From the IMG/VR virus record IMGVR_UViG_3300032295_002421, positions 14,630 to 78,629 of that record: 64,000 nucleotides of DNA. One strand, 5' to 3'. The stretch's first letter is position 1; each line of letters begins with the position of its first letter. The notes under the pieces were generated by a model that saw only the letters and a list, made by a program, of their open reading frames with translations, ran no database searches and had not been told where the DNA came from. Positions 28,974 to 37,436 of this stretch are shown here, piece after piece. Position numbers and translations under genes: made by a program. Origin of the DNA: a virus (lineage: Duplodnaviria > Caudoviricetes).

Positions 28974-29462
28974 ATGAAACTATCCAAGATACTAAAGGAA
29001 GTAATGTCAGAAATAGGAGATGCTTCTAAAGAACCATATGGACCTATTGATACAATAACAGATGATGAAGGAGATAGACAATATGGATTTAAAACAGAAT
29101 CAGGAACCATATACGAGGTAAAGGTAGAAACTTTCTATAGAGGAGAAGGAAAACCTGTAATAGCAGCAGTATCATTTGGAATAATAGGAGAGGATGGAGA
29201 TATATCTTATGATGCTCAAACAGGAGAGAATGATATATACAGAATAATGGCAACCATAGTAGCCGTAGTAAAGAAAGATCTTAAATCAAATCATGCAGAT
29301 ATAATAGAGTTCTCCCCGTCTAAAAGAGCAGGAGATAAAGACAAAGATCCAATGTCAAACGTAAGAACCCAACTTTACACAAGATACATTAAAGGACAAT
29401 TCCCTAATGCTGAAGTAACTAGAACTCTTCATGGAGATATAAGAGTTGACTTAAAAAAATAA
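28974..29462 (+). CDS. Probable virion-internal protein, third copy of same domain
   Basis: MKLSKILKEVMSE; aligns with both halves of 27941..28972. Confidence 0.7.
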   Translation: MKLSKILKEVMSEIGDASKEPYGPIDTITDDEGDRQYGFKTESGTIYEVKVETFYRGEGKPVIAAVSFGIIGEDGDISYDAQTGENDIYRIMATIVAVVKKDLKSNHADIIEFSPSKRAGDKDKDPMSNVRTQLYTRYIKGQFPNAEVTRTLHGDIRVDLKK

Positions 29463-29766
29463 ACCGACTGGCCCAAGAAATAAACATACATAATAATCCA
29501 GTAATAGATAAAGATATAATACCAGAGGATAAGAATACAGATAAGGATATAAAGAAAACAACTCCTACACCTATACCTGTATAAAGAAACAATATAAAGG
29601 ATATAGATAAAAGATCCCAATCCCTAATTACCTAGTGTAGTACTAGAAAGATCTAACGGATATAAAAAATTAATATTGTTAGAAAGTGTTAGTTTGTGTC
29701 AATTTGTGTATAAAAGAATAAGAGAAAGAATAACCTGGATCCGTAGCCATATCACGCCCGCGCCGC

Positions 29767-29937
29767 CTAAGTGATTGATACCCAATAAGTTAGAAAGGAT
29801 ATTTACGTATATAAGAGATTGATTACCAACGACTTATAACTGATTGATTGCTAATAAAAACTTTTCAAAATAGTTGCCTAAATATTTTTTTATGTCACTG
29901 GATTGTCTTACTTTTACTATGTATCAAATCAATAATG
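29767..29937 (+). repeat. Early-promoter cassette copy 5 (more diverged)
   Basis: Boxes at 29768, 29812, 29837; core TGTCTTACTTTTACTATGTATCAAATCAATAATG at 29904. Confidence 0.8.
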
Positions 29938-30213
29938 ACAATGACAGACAGAACACAGCTTATCCTCTCCTCAGTACGTAACTACGAATTCATTAAGAAG
30001 GCCATTGACACCATTAACGAGAACCTCTACAGTTCAGACCTATGGGTGAATGACAGGATCCAGATGGACGTAGAACAGGATGAGGACGGAAACATGAGTA
30101 GGTTCATCATCACTGGAACTGCCTTAGACTTCTTTCAGATCGGCCTTAGGTACGGTTCACTAGAGGAAATGAAAAGGAATAAAGAGATCAGTGACATCAT
30201 TAACAGATACTAG
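29935..30213 (+). CDS. Early hypothetical protein
   Basis: Start reset to cassette ATG at 29935 (MTMTDR). Confidence 0.65.
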   Translation: MTMTDRTQLILSSVRNYEFIKKAIDTINENLYSSDLWVNDRIQMDVEQDEDGNMSRFIITGTALDFFQIGLRYGSLEEMKRNKEISDIINRY

Positions 30214-30279
30214 GTCCACTCCAAAGAATTATTTTACCACATCAGATTAATTAATTAAATTACAATATAAATAAAGGTT

Positions 30280-31074
30280 ATGAATTTGAACACTATTACA
30301 TCTATCTCTCTCGACTCTGCAAGACAAATCGCTCCAGCTATCTTTGCTACTTCACCTGCACCGACTATCAAAAGTCCGAAGTACCAGTTCACTCCTACGT
30401 TTGAGGTTATCGAACACATGCAAGATATGGGTTACGCATTGACAGGAGTTAAGCAATCTAGTTCTAACGTAGAGCTCCGTAAGAATTGGGGCATACACAT
30501 CACCCGCTTCCAACACCCTGACCTTTACATTAAAGACCCACAGGGTATGATCGAGGCAAGGCCTGAGGTTGTGCTTATCAACTCACATGATGGCACAAGG
30601 CCAATTCAATTTGAGATGGGACTGTTCCGCCTAGTGTGTGAGAATGGTTTAGTAATCAAGGACAAGGACATGGGAAGCTTTAGAGAGCGCCATACCAAGA
30701 TGAACTTCCAAGAGGTTAAGAACCTTATTGATGAGAAAGTATCTGGACTCCAAGGCGTAGTTAATACCATAAGCAAATGGAATATGATCGAGATGACTGA
30801 TAAGCAAAGATACCAGTTTGCTGTAGAAGCATTGGCCTTAAGACTTTCAGATGATCGTCAGCCTGAACAGTATGAGGTATTAGATATTCTTAACGCTAAG
30901 CGTAGTGTAGATGAACAACCTACCTTGTGGCACACATATAATACCGTACAAGAGAATCTTATTAAGGGTGGGTTCCAATTAAACAACCGTCAAGCTAGGG
31001 CTATCAAGAATCCTATAGAGGACTTCAATATCAACCAAGGCCTATGGAGTTTAGCTAGCGCTTACTCAAACTAG
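30280..31074 (+). CDS. DUF932 (phage/plasmid TIGR03299-like) protein
   Basis: APAIFA..P....S.KY.F.PT, LINSHDG, GLFRLVCENG, LWHTYNTVQENLIKGG, NQGLW. Confidence 0.85.
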   Translation: MNLNTITSISLDSARQIAPAIFATSPAPTIKSPKYQFTPTFEVIEHMQDMGYALTGVKQSSSNVELRKNWGIHITRFQHPDLYIKDPQGMIEARPEVVLINSHDGTRPIQFEMGLFRLVCENGLVIKDKDMGSFRERHTKMNFQEVKNLIDEKVSGLQGVVNTISKWNMIEMTDKQRYQFAVEALALRLSDDRQPEQYEVLDILNAKRSVDEQPTLWHTYNTVQENLIKGGFQLNNRQARAIKNPIEDFNINQGLWSLASAYSN

Positions 31075-31080
31075 TTGGTT

Positions 31081-31230
31081 AGAGAGACGAGCTCGCGAGC
31101 GACATGCTTGCGGCTTGCTCTTGACCTTTAGCAGTCAACTAGCACCACAGCAATGACCTAATTATGGTAGATAGGAGGGCCCTAGCCGGGGGCCCCGCGT
31201 TGACTGGCCACGCACACCGGGAAAATTTTG
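31081..31230. other. GC-rich, potentially structured intergenic element
   Basis: CAGTCAAC (31132-39)/GTTGACTG (31200-07) stem enclosing CCTA/TAGG and GGGCCC/GGGCCC hairpins. Confidence 0.55.
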
Positions 31231-31261
31231 AAATTCTATAAGAATATAAATACGTAAATAA

Positions 31262-31672
31262 ATGAAAGAGACAGTAAAGAAAAAATTGGTAGATCACATG
31301 TTAGCAAATGGTAATGACTTTTCTTATACAGAAATGATCGAGTTTATTTTAAAAACTAACTATGGAAAAGCATATCAATATGATCATACCAGTTCAGACC
31401 GTGGTTACTATGCCACCAATTTCTCTAAGAAGTGGAATGGATATATGGTAAATGGTAAAGGTCCTTGCGGTGTGTACAAAAACGAAAATGGAAGGTACAG
31501 TGCTACCTATTATAAAAAAGTAGATAAAATGGAAGAAAAAAACATATATAAGAAACTGTTTGATACAGTAGAAAAAGCAGGAAAGTTAATCGCCAAATTC
31601 GGTGCTATATCTATTCCAGCTACAATGAAGAAAACCCCAAACGGAAAGTATATTGTAACATTCAAAATTTAA
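31262..31672 (+). CDS. Hypothetical protein
   Basis: ORF track. Confidence 0.65.
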   Translation: MKETVKKKLVDHMLANGNDFSYTEMIEFILKTNYGKAYQYDHTSSDRGYYATNFSKKWNGYMVNGKGPCGVYKNENGRYSATYYKKVDKMEEKNIYKKLFDTVEKAGKLIAKFGAISIPATMKKTPNGKYIVTFKI

Positions 31673-31682
31673 ATATAGAAAC

Positions 31683-31874
31683 ATGGATAAATTCAAACAA
31701 CATTTCGAGGTATGGGAAAAGATCCTTATGGCTCTTGCCCTAATTGCATCAGCATCAGTATTGACAGTTAATCTAAAGGAAGGAAATGATTATGGTTGGC
31801 AGGTTGTTGCTATCCTATGGATTGTAACCTGTTGGTTGAAAACAAACAAGATCAAAGAACTTGAAAATAAATAA
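31683..31874 (+). CDS. Small 2-TM membrane protein
   Basis: Two hydrophobic helices. Confidence 0.55.
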   Translation: MDKFKQHFEVWEKILMALALIASASVLTVNLKEGNDYGWQVVAILWIVTCWLKTNKIKELENK

Positions 31875-32087
31875 ATATGAATTTTAGTTTTAACAGCAAT
31901 TACAATACAATCTATTTCATTCCTACCATATCCATTTGTTATGAATATGTAGATAGTAAATTAGAATATATGTTCTTGGATATTTCGTTCTTGAAATGGT
32001 GTGTCACTTTTACTATCAAAAAAATGGAATTGAAATTCTAAACTCCGGGAAAAATTTAAATTTACAAAAAACAATAAATACAAAAAT

Positions 32088-32336
32088 ATGAAAAAGACAG
32101 AACAATTCGAAATTAGCCCATTGACACGTATTCCAGGTGGATCCTTTATTACCATTGAATTCTCAGATGGTTCATCATCCAGAGGCGTGAACGTTAAACA
32201 TGTAAGGAAATATATAGAGACTGTAATTACAGAATCTTTATTGAAAGGTCTGGATGTTACTAAGGCTTATTTTACTGGTGACCATGAATTGGTTTACGAG
32301 AATGGTAAGTTCTTTAATCTGGATAAGAAGGGATAA
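32088..32336 (+). CDS. Hypothetical protein
   Basis: ORF track. Confidence 0.6.
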   Translation: MKKTEQFEISPLTRIPGGSFITIEFSDGSSSRGVNVKHVRKYIETVITESLLKGLDVTKAYFTGDHELVYENGKFFNLDKKG

Positions 32337-32413
32337 TCCGGAAATGTCCAAAGTGATAAATTTGTAAATACTATATTTTAGGGCCCCTATGCGGAAACGA
32401 AAACATTTATAAT

Positions 32414-32695
32414 ATGGCACTATTAACTATTCTATTGTCTATACTAATCTGCTTTATTGTTGTTAGGTTTGCTAGGTTCACTTTAGCAATTGCATCGATC
32501 TTATTAGGTCTAGTATTCCTAGGTGTTCTAATAATTCCTTTCAACCCTGCAGTTGGTATAGCAATGGTAATAGTATTTGCCTGTTTAATATCTGTATTGA
32601 TTATGGCACTCATGTTTTCCGGACTTGTATCTCTATTAGTAGTCACTCCGTTGTTATTATTGTGGCAAGGCATAAAACTATTATTTAATAAGTAA
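32414..32695 (+). CDS. Very hydrophobic multi-TM protein
   Basis: 93 aa, almost entirely hydrophobic. Confidence 0.6.
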   Translation: MALLTILLSILICFIVVRFARFTLAIASILLGLVFLGVLIIPFNPAVGIAMVIVFACLISVLIMALMFSGLVSLLVVTPLLLLWQGIKLLFNK

Positions 32696-32726
32696 TTCAA
32701 TATTTATTAGTAGCAAAATTATTATA

Positions 32727-33947
32727 ATGAAAGATTTTAACATCGCAAAGTATTTAAAAGAAAACCATTTAGGTTCTCATGCTATTCTTGGTGCCTACGT
32801 AGATTTGCATAATTTAAAAGAAGAAGAGGAAACAAAGTTAGATACAGAAATTCCGTATGAAGGTCCAGAACATAAGCTGGATGGCTTTGGTGATGAATTT
32901 AAACAAGATAGTCCTGTAGAAGAAAAAGCAGGTAAAGATGATAGAGATAGTTTAATGGCAAAACTATTTGCTATTCAAAAAAGATTTGGATGGAAAAAAG
33001 TAAGTCGAGATCGAGAGCCATTTCAAAATATAAGAATAGCTGATGGTTTAAAATTAGTTCGTAATAACTATGTTGAAGATGGTAGTATTACTATTGATAT
33101 TGATAGTACAGTAAGTAAAGCTGCTTTTAGTGAGATCAGAAATTTACTACAAACAAAATTTCCTGATTGGAAAATAGATCCTAGCAGTGTTAGAAAAGAT
33201 GTTGATCCTGATACTGATTCTAAGAATGTATTATTCTTTAATATAGTAAAAAATAAATCTGTTAAAGAAAATAGTCCTGTAGAAGAACTTGAAAAGCCTG
33301 AGAAAATATATTCTAATGATTGGATGAATAACTCTATAGATGATAAAAGAGTTGGTAGTTGGACTTGTTACTATACGGATCAAATGGGCACTATTTATTG
33401 GGTACATGATGATATCCCAGGTGAGCATATTATGGTTTATGCAACACCACATTGGGATGGGGCAGAAGGAATAGCTATTGAAGTTCAAGTAGATTACGGT
33501 GAGCATACATTAGATCAAGAAGTTGTAGGTGATCCTTCATATCCTGATTTTGAAAGCTACGCCCAAGATATGATTCCTGTTCTTAATAAAGTAGAATCTA
33601 AATATAAATCTGGTAAATATCACGATTATATTGATTATGGCGATTCTATGGATACTGATGATTCTGTAAATCCATTTCCTTCAATAGTAGGAGATGATGA
33701 TGATGATTCTGTAGGTCCAATTGCTGTTAAAGAAAAGGAATATGCTGATGATGAATATGATGATGAAGATGATAGATTTGCTTCATTAGGTGGAGAGCAA
33801 ATTAAATACGCAATAAAAAATCTAATGAATAGTGGTTTTGATAGTAGAGATATTGCACAATTTGTAATAGATACTATTGATAGATTTGAATCTTTTAATG
33901 AAGAAGTAACTGTATCATCATCTGGTGTTCAAATGGAAAAAAAATAA
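32727..33947 (+). CDS. Acidic modular probable virion-internal protein
   Basis: MKDFNIAKYLKE start; internal LKE/VEE/VKE/FNE sites; late motif at 32700. Confidence 0.65.
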   Translation: MKDFNIAKYLKENHLGSHAILGAYVDLHNLKEEEETKLDTEIPYEGPEHKLDGFGDEFKQDSPVEEKAGKDDRDSLMAKLFAIQKRFGWKKVSRDREPFQNIRIADGLKLVRNNYVEDGSITIDIDSTVSKAAFSEIRNLLQTKFPDWKIDPSSVRKDVDPDTDSKNVLFFNIVKNKSVKENSPVEELEKPEKIYSNDWMNNSIDDKRVGSWTCYYTDQMGTIYWVHDDIPGEHIMVYATPHWDGAEGIAIEVQVDYGEHTLDQEVVGDPSYPDFESYAQDMIPVLNKVESKYKSGKYHDYIDYGDSMDTDDSVNPFPSIVGDDDDDSVGPIAVKEKEYADDEYDDEDDRFASLGGEQIKYAIKNLMNSGFDSRDIAQFVIDTIDRFESFNEEVTVSSSGVQMEKK

Positions 33948-33950
33948 ACT

Positions 33951-34190
33951 ATGGCATTTAACTTTAAGCAATTTACAGCAAATAATCCTCTTCTAAAAGA
34001 AATTGATGCAGAAGAATTTGATTATATGGATAATGATCAATTAGATGCAGCAGGTCTTACAGGAGATAAGATAGGCCCAGATGAAGCAGGAAGTTCTTTT
34101 CCTAGAGTTGAATTTGAAGAAGCCGTGATCAAAGCTTTAAAAGCAGGTATAGATAAAAATACTCTGCATAAGATAATTGATTGGAATTAA
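33951..34190 (+). CDS. Small probable virion-internal protein
   Basis: MAFNFKQF...LLKE start. Confidence 0.6.
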   Translation: MAFNFKQFTANNPLLKEIDAEEFDYMDNDQLDAAGLTGDKIGPDEAGSSFPRVEFEEAVIKALKAGIDKNTLHKIIDWN

Positions 34191-34211
34191 CCTTTGCAAG
34201 CCCATACATAT

Positions 34212-34240
34212 AGCCCTCGGCAAGTGCCAGGGCTTTTTTT
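34212..34240 (+). terminator. Rho-independent terminator at convergence of + and - operons
   Basis: AGCCCT-c-GGC-aagt-GCC-AGGGCT followed by T-run. Confidence 0.8.
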
Positions 34241-34694
34241 ATTCTACATCCTTTCTATAGAACCTACCTTGGATATTATCGTTATATGAATCTATATGAA
34301 GAACTTTGTAGTGCATTTGCCACCAAACTTCGTAATAAGTCAATTGTTTCTTAGAGTAACATAATTGTAAGATCTCTCTAGCAAACATGTCGTCTCCTAT
34401 TTCTTTTCTTTCTTGATTAAGAAGCTTATTACTTCCATGGTATGATAACCAATCGGACTCTTTAACTATCTTCCTCTTGCGTGGGACGCGCCCAGGTTTG
34501 TCCCATTCCGCGATCTCCTTTTTGGTTAATGCTTTATTGGTATTATTGAAAAGAACCTTTCTACCTATATAGAATTTGCCATTAACTAGATTGACAATCT
34601 TATATATAAAGCCAACAGTATTGGATGGAAAGTCTTCTATTGAATTAAACTCTCTAGTAACTCCTAGAGGATCAAAATATAACCATTTTCTCAT
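34239..34694 (-). CDS. GIY-YIG (Seg-like) domain protein
   Basis: GFIYKIVNLVNGKFYIGRK; YHGS; YNDNI. Confidence 0.75.
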   Translation of the reverse strand: MRKWLYFDPLGVTREFNSIEDFPSNTVGFIYKIVNLVNGKFYIGRKVLFNNTNKALTKKEIAEWDKPGRVPRKRKIVKESDWLSYHGSNKLLNQERKEIGDDMFAREILQLCYSKKQLTYYEVWWQMHYKVLHIDSYNDNIQGRFYRKDVE

Positions 34695-34704
34695 ACTTTA
34701 TTTT

Positions 34705-35094
34705 TTAGCTATCCCACCTTACAATAAAAGTCATATCTGTATTTGGTGGTATTGGATATGGTCTAGACAATTTTCCTACTACTAATAATTCATCTTGATC
34801 ATTATATAATCCTATTGTAGTTACATAAGGATGAAAATCTGAACCTGTTATTGCATCTATATATGAACCTGAAGTTCCTGCTTTTGTAGCACTAAGATTT
34901 TGTGTATAATTAAAATCATTTTCTTTTACTTTACACCTAACTTCATTCTGATATATAGTTATTTCTGATTGCAAAGACATTGTAAATGGGGAATACGAAA
35001 TGAGCTCAGTATCTGTAATAAGATAGTTATTTTCATCTTCTGTTATAAGAAATAATGAATCTTCTGCCGTTAAAAAAGTAACTACTGCTGACAT
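34705..35094 (-). CDS. Baseplate/tail structural protein, C-terminal half of a split gene
   Basis: YVTTIGLYNDQDELLVVGKLSRP aligns to the C-terminus of 38759..39790; own ATATTTAT at 35099-35106. Confidence 0.7.
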   Translation of the reverse strand: MSAVVTFLTAEDSLFLITEDENNYLITDTELISYSPFTMSLQSEITIYQNEVRCKVKENDFNYTQNLSATKAGTSGSYIDAITGSDFHPYVTTIGLYNDQDELLVVGKLSRPYPIPPNTDMTFIVRWDS

Positions 35095-35096
35095 AC

Positions 35097-35708
35097 CTAT
35101 AAATATTCAGATTTTATTTCTTCCCACAAAAATTTTGTTACCTCTTTATTATAGTTATCTTGATAAAAATATGGTCCATTTTTTGGAGTTAAATAAACCC
35201 TTTCTTTACTTTCCATAGTTATTGCTATATCACAAAACTGATTAGTTGATAAAGAATCTATTAAAAATTTCATCATTAATTTTGCTGATTTAATATTAGG
35301 TATTAAACAAGGAGTTAATGATAGCATATAGTAAACTCTGTAAAAATCATTATTAAAATCTTTTATCTCCATATTTGGTTTTATCCCTCCACAATTATAT
35401 AAACTACCTCCTAAAAAAATAAAATCACATTCATCTGGTATATTAATACTTTCTGGTAGCGGTCTTATTAATTCCATATCATCATCTATTGATATAAAAG
35501 GAAATTTATTTTTTTCTATTGCATCACATATTAATTTTATTTGTCCAAAAGAAATTCTATCTTGTCTTAGATCTAGTTTTATGTCATTAGATATTCTATA
35601 ATACTCTAAATTTAAATTATTAAATAAGGCTTCTATTTTATTTCTTCTATCCGTATATCCTTCATAATTTAAGTAATAAAATGGTATATCAATTAATTTT
35701 ACATCCAT
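35097..35708 (-). CDS. GT25-like glycosyltransferase
   Basis: PFYYLNY...DRR..IE..F; SIDDD DxD motif. Confidence 0.5.
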   Translation of the reverse strand: MDVKLIDIPFYYLNYEGYTDRRNKIEALFNNLNLEYYRISNDIKLDLRQDRISFGQIKLICDAIEKNKFPFISIDDDMELIRPLPESINIPDECDFIFLGGSLYNCGGIKPNMEIKDFNNDFYRVYYMLSLTPCLIPNIKSAKLMMKFLIDSLSTNQFCDIAITMESKERVYLTPKNGPYFYQDNYNKEVTKFLWEEIKSEYL

Positions 35709-36454
35709 AGTATAGTATTATTAGATATATTAAATATTTGGTTTTTATTTTCTAATAAAACTTTTTTATGATTTTCTATATCTAGTAAAGGATTTCTAGT
35801 TTCTCCTAACCCTCCCTTATCGCTTATATCAAACATAAAGTTTTCACATTTAACAGTATGAGGAGGATTAAAATGAAAATAAGCATTTATATAACTTTCA
35901 TCATTTACACCGGGTTCGTATGGTATTTTTTTATCTTCTATTTGCCAATCTCTTAACGTTTTACAAAAATTTATAACCACATCTTTTTTTCCGCCAAAAA
36001 AAGCTCCGTAATGGTATGTGTAAGGAAGTGGACTGTCTTCTGGTACATATGCCTTAGAGTCTTTAAATCTATCAAACCCCTTTCCTCCAGATAAAAAAGA
36101 TCTATTTCCATAATGCTCTCCGCCTACAAGATCTCCTAAAAACCAATTTTCCGTAAAATCTTTAGATACATTAGTATCTGCATCAAAATAATATAAATAA
36201 TCGCAATCTATTTCCTCTAATAAAATAATATTTTTAAATTTTGAATTTGTTCCATCAACCCAATTACTATGCATTTCTTGATAAAACTTTACATTTATTT
36301 CAGATGGTAGATATGGTTTAGGATCTGTATCAGAAAAAAAGTAAAATTCTATATTTAAATTACCTTTATAATGATGAATAAATTTTTTTATAAATCTAAT
36401 TCCAAGTAAAAAATAAGCATTAGTAGCTATTAAAACTATTCCTATTTTTTTCAT
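35699..36454 (-). CDS. GT6-family (ABO / alpha-1,3-Gal(NAc) transferase-like) glycosyltransferase
   Basis: IGIVLIAT..Y; YFFSD; YFDAD; YHYGAFFGG; NDESYINAYF. Confidence 0.8.
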   Translation of the reverse strand: MKKIGIVLIATNAYFLLGIRFIKKFIHHYKGNLNIEFYFFSDTDPKPYLPSEINVKFYQEMHSNWVDGTNSKFKNIILLEEIDCDYLYYFDADTNVSKDFTENWFLGDLVGGEHYGNRSFLSGGKGFDRFKDSKAYVPEDSPLPYTYHYGAFFGGKKDVVINFCKTLRDWQIEDKKIPYEPGVNDESYINAYFHFNPPHTVKCENFMFDISDKGGLGETRNPLLDIENHKKVLLENKNQIFNISNNTILWM

Positions 36455-37407
36455 ATTAAAGGAGATTTTTTTTCTACTTCTTGTATTTCTTGATAGTATT
36501 TATAACTTGCTGTTCCTTCTTTTATTCTAAGATTTAAATTATATGGTACAAAATCTCTATATTGAGCTTTGTAAAATTTACCTCCGCAGGAACAAGTAAC
36601 TCCAGCATTATGAAATATATTAGTTTCATTAAATCTTTCTTCTGTATCTGTACCCCAACAAAAATCTAATTCTTTTATTACTTTAGTTTCTTGACCATTT
36701 AACCAACCATTCCATAGTACTGCCCACATATCTGCACACCATATTTGGAGTTCATGATATGATTCGTTTTCTTGTTTTTTTAAATTATTTAATTGTGTAA
36801 TTTGAAAATATAATTCTTCACAATCTTTTTCTACTTTTTCCCAAAATGTATAATCAATATTTTTAAGAATATATTGAGCACCACCTGAATTAGAATTCAT
36901 TAATTTAGGAATAACTGGATCCATTCCGATTATTTCACACATTTTTAAATAAACATCTTCACCTTTACCTTTTATATAATTATAATTTATGTAACTATTA
37001 GTATCACTTAAATACCAAATATTATCATTTACAAATTTATTCCAATCAACTGGTTTTGTAAAAATAATATCGCAATCATGATAAAATATAGCTTCATTAA
37101 AAAGTTCTGGGTGTTCTTTAAAATGTTGTTTTAATATATTTGGTCTTATTGAAGAAATATATTTTATTGGATGTTTTCTAGTGTCTGGATAAAAGAAAAA
37201 TCTTACTGTATCGTAATAGGTTGTTAGTTTATCCCATATTTCAATTACTTCTGGATTACTAGTTTCATCATTAGGATTACAAGCAATAAGAATATCAATA
37301 TTATTTGGATTTATACCATTTTTAATAAAGTTATTTATCATAACTTCTACTTGCCAAGCATAATAAATAAGTCTTGGTTGAACACAAATGTAACGTAAAT
37401 TTTTCAT
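36451..37407 (-). CDS. HPAT/SERGT-like (GT95/GT96-like) protein O-glycosyltransferase
   Basis: YYAWQVEV...Y...IRP...HF...HDCDI...GGAQYI...WCADMWA pattern resembles peptide O-glycosyltransferase domains. Confidence 0.5.
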   Translation of the reverse strand: MKNLRYICVQPRLIYYAWQVEVMINNFIKNGINPNNIDILIACNPNDETSNPEVIEIWDKLTTYYDTVRFFFYPDTRKHPIKYISSIRPNILKQHFKEHPELFNEAIFYHDCDIIFTKPVDWNKFVNDNIWYLSDTNSYINYNYIKGKGEDVYLKMCEIIGMDPVIPKLMNSNSGGAQYILKNIDYTFWEKVEKDCEELYFQITQLNNLKKQENESYHELQIWCADMWAVLWNGWLNGQETKVIKELDFCWGTDTEERFNETNIFHNAGVTCSCGGKFYKAQYRDFVPYNLNLRIKEGTASYKYYQEIQEVEKKSPLI

Positions 37408-37436
37408 AACAATTTTATTTTTATTTTTTATTTATT

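Noticed and set aside
29429-29620. Minus-strand 63-aa hydrophobic ORF
   Set aside because: Ile/Tyr/Leu richness follows from the A-rich + strand; it overlaps the end of 28974..29462 and has no clear start context
20549-29770. Invertible segment bounded by the two GC islands
   Set aside because: Inverted similarity is only about 10 imperfect bp, no recombinase is in the window, and genes and cassettes inside and outside share one orientation
12879-29860. Tandem 25-27 bp palindromic units as mini-CRISPR arrays
   Set aside because: Units abut with no unique spacers, there are only three per locus, and they sit at fixed distance from a promoter; no cas operon
34239-34694. Intron-encoded homing endonuclease
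   Set aside because: Free-standing GIY-YIG ORF between a terminator and an intact upstream ORF; no group I intron core elements seen
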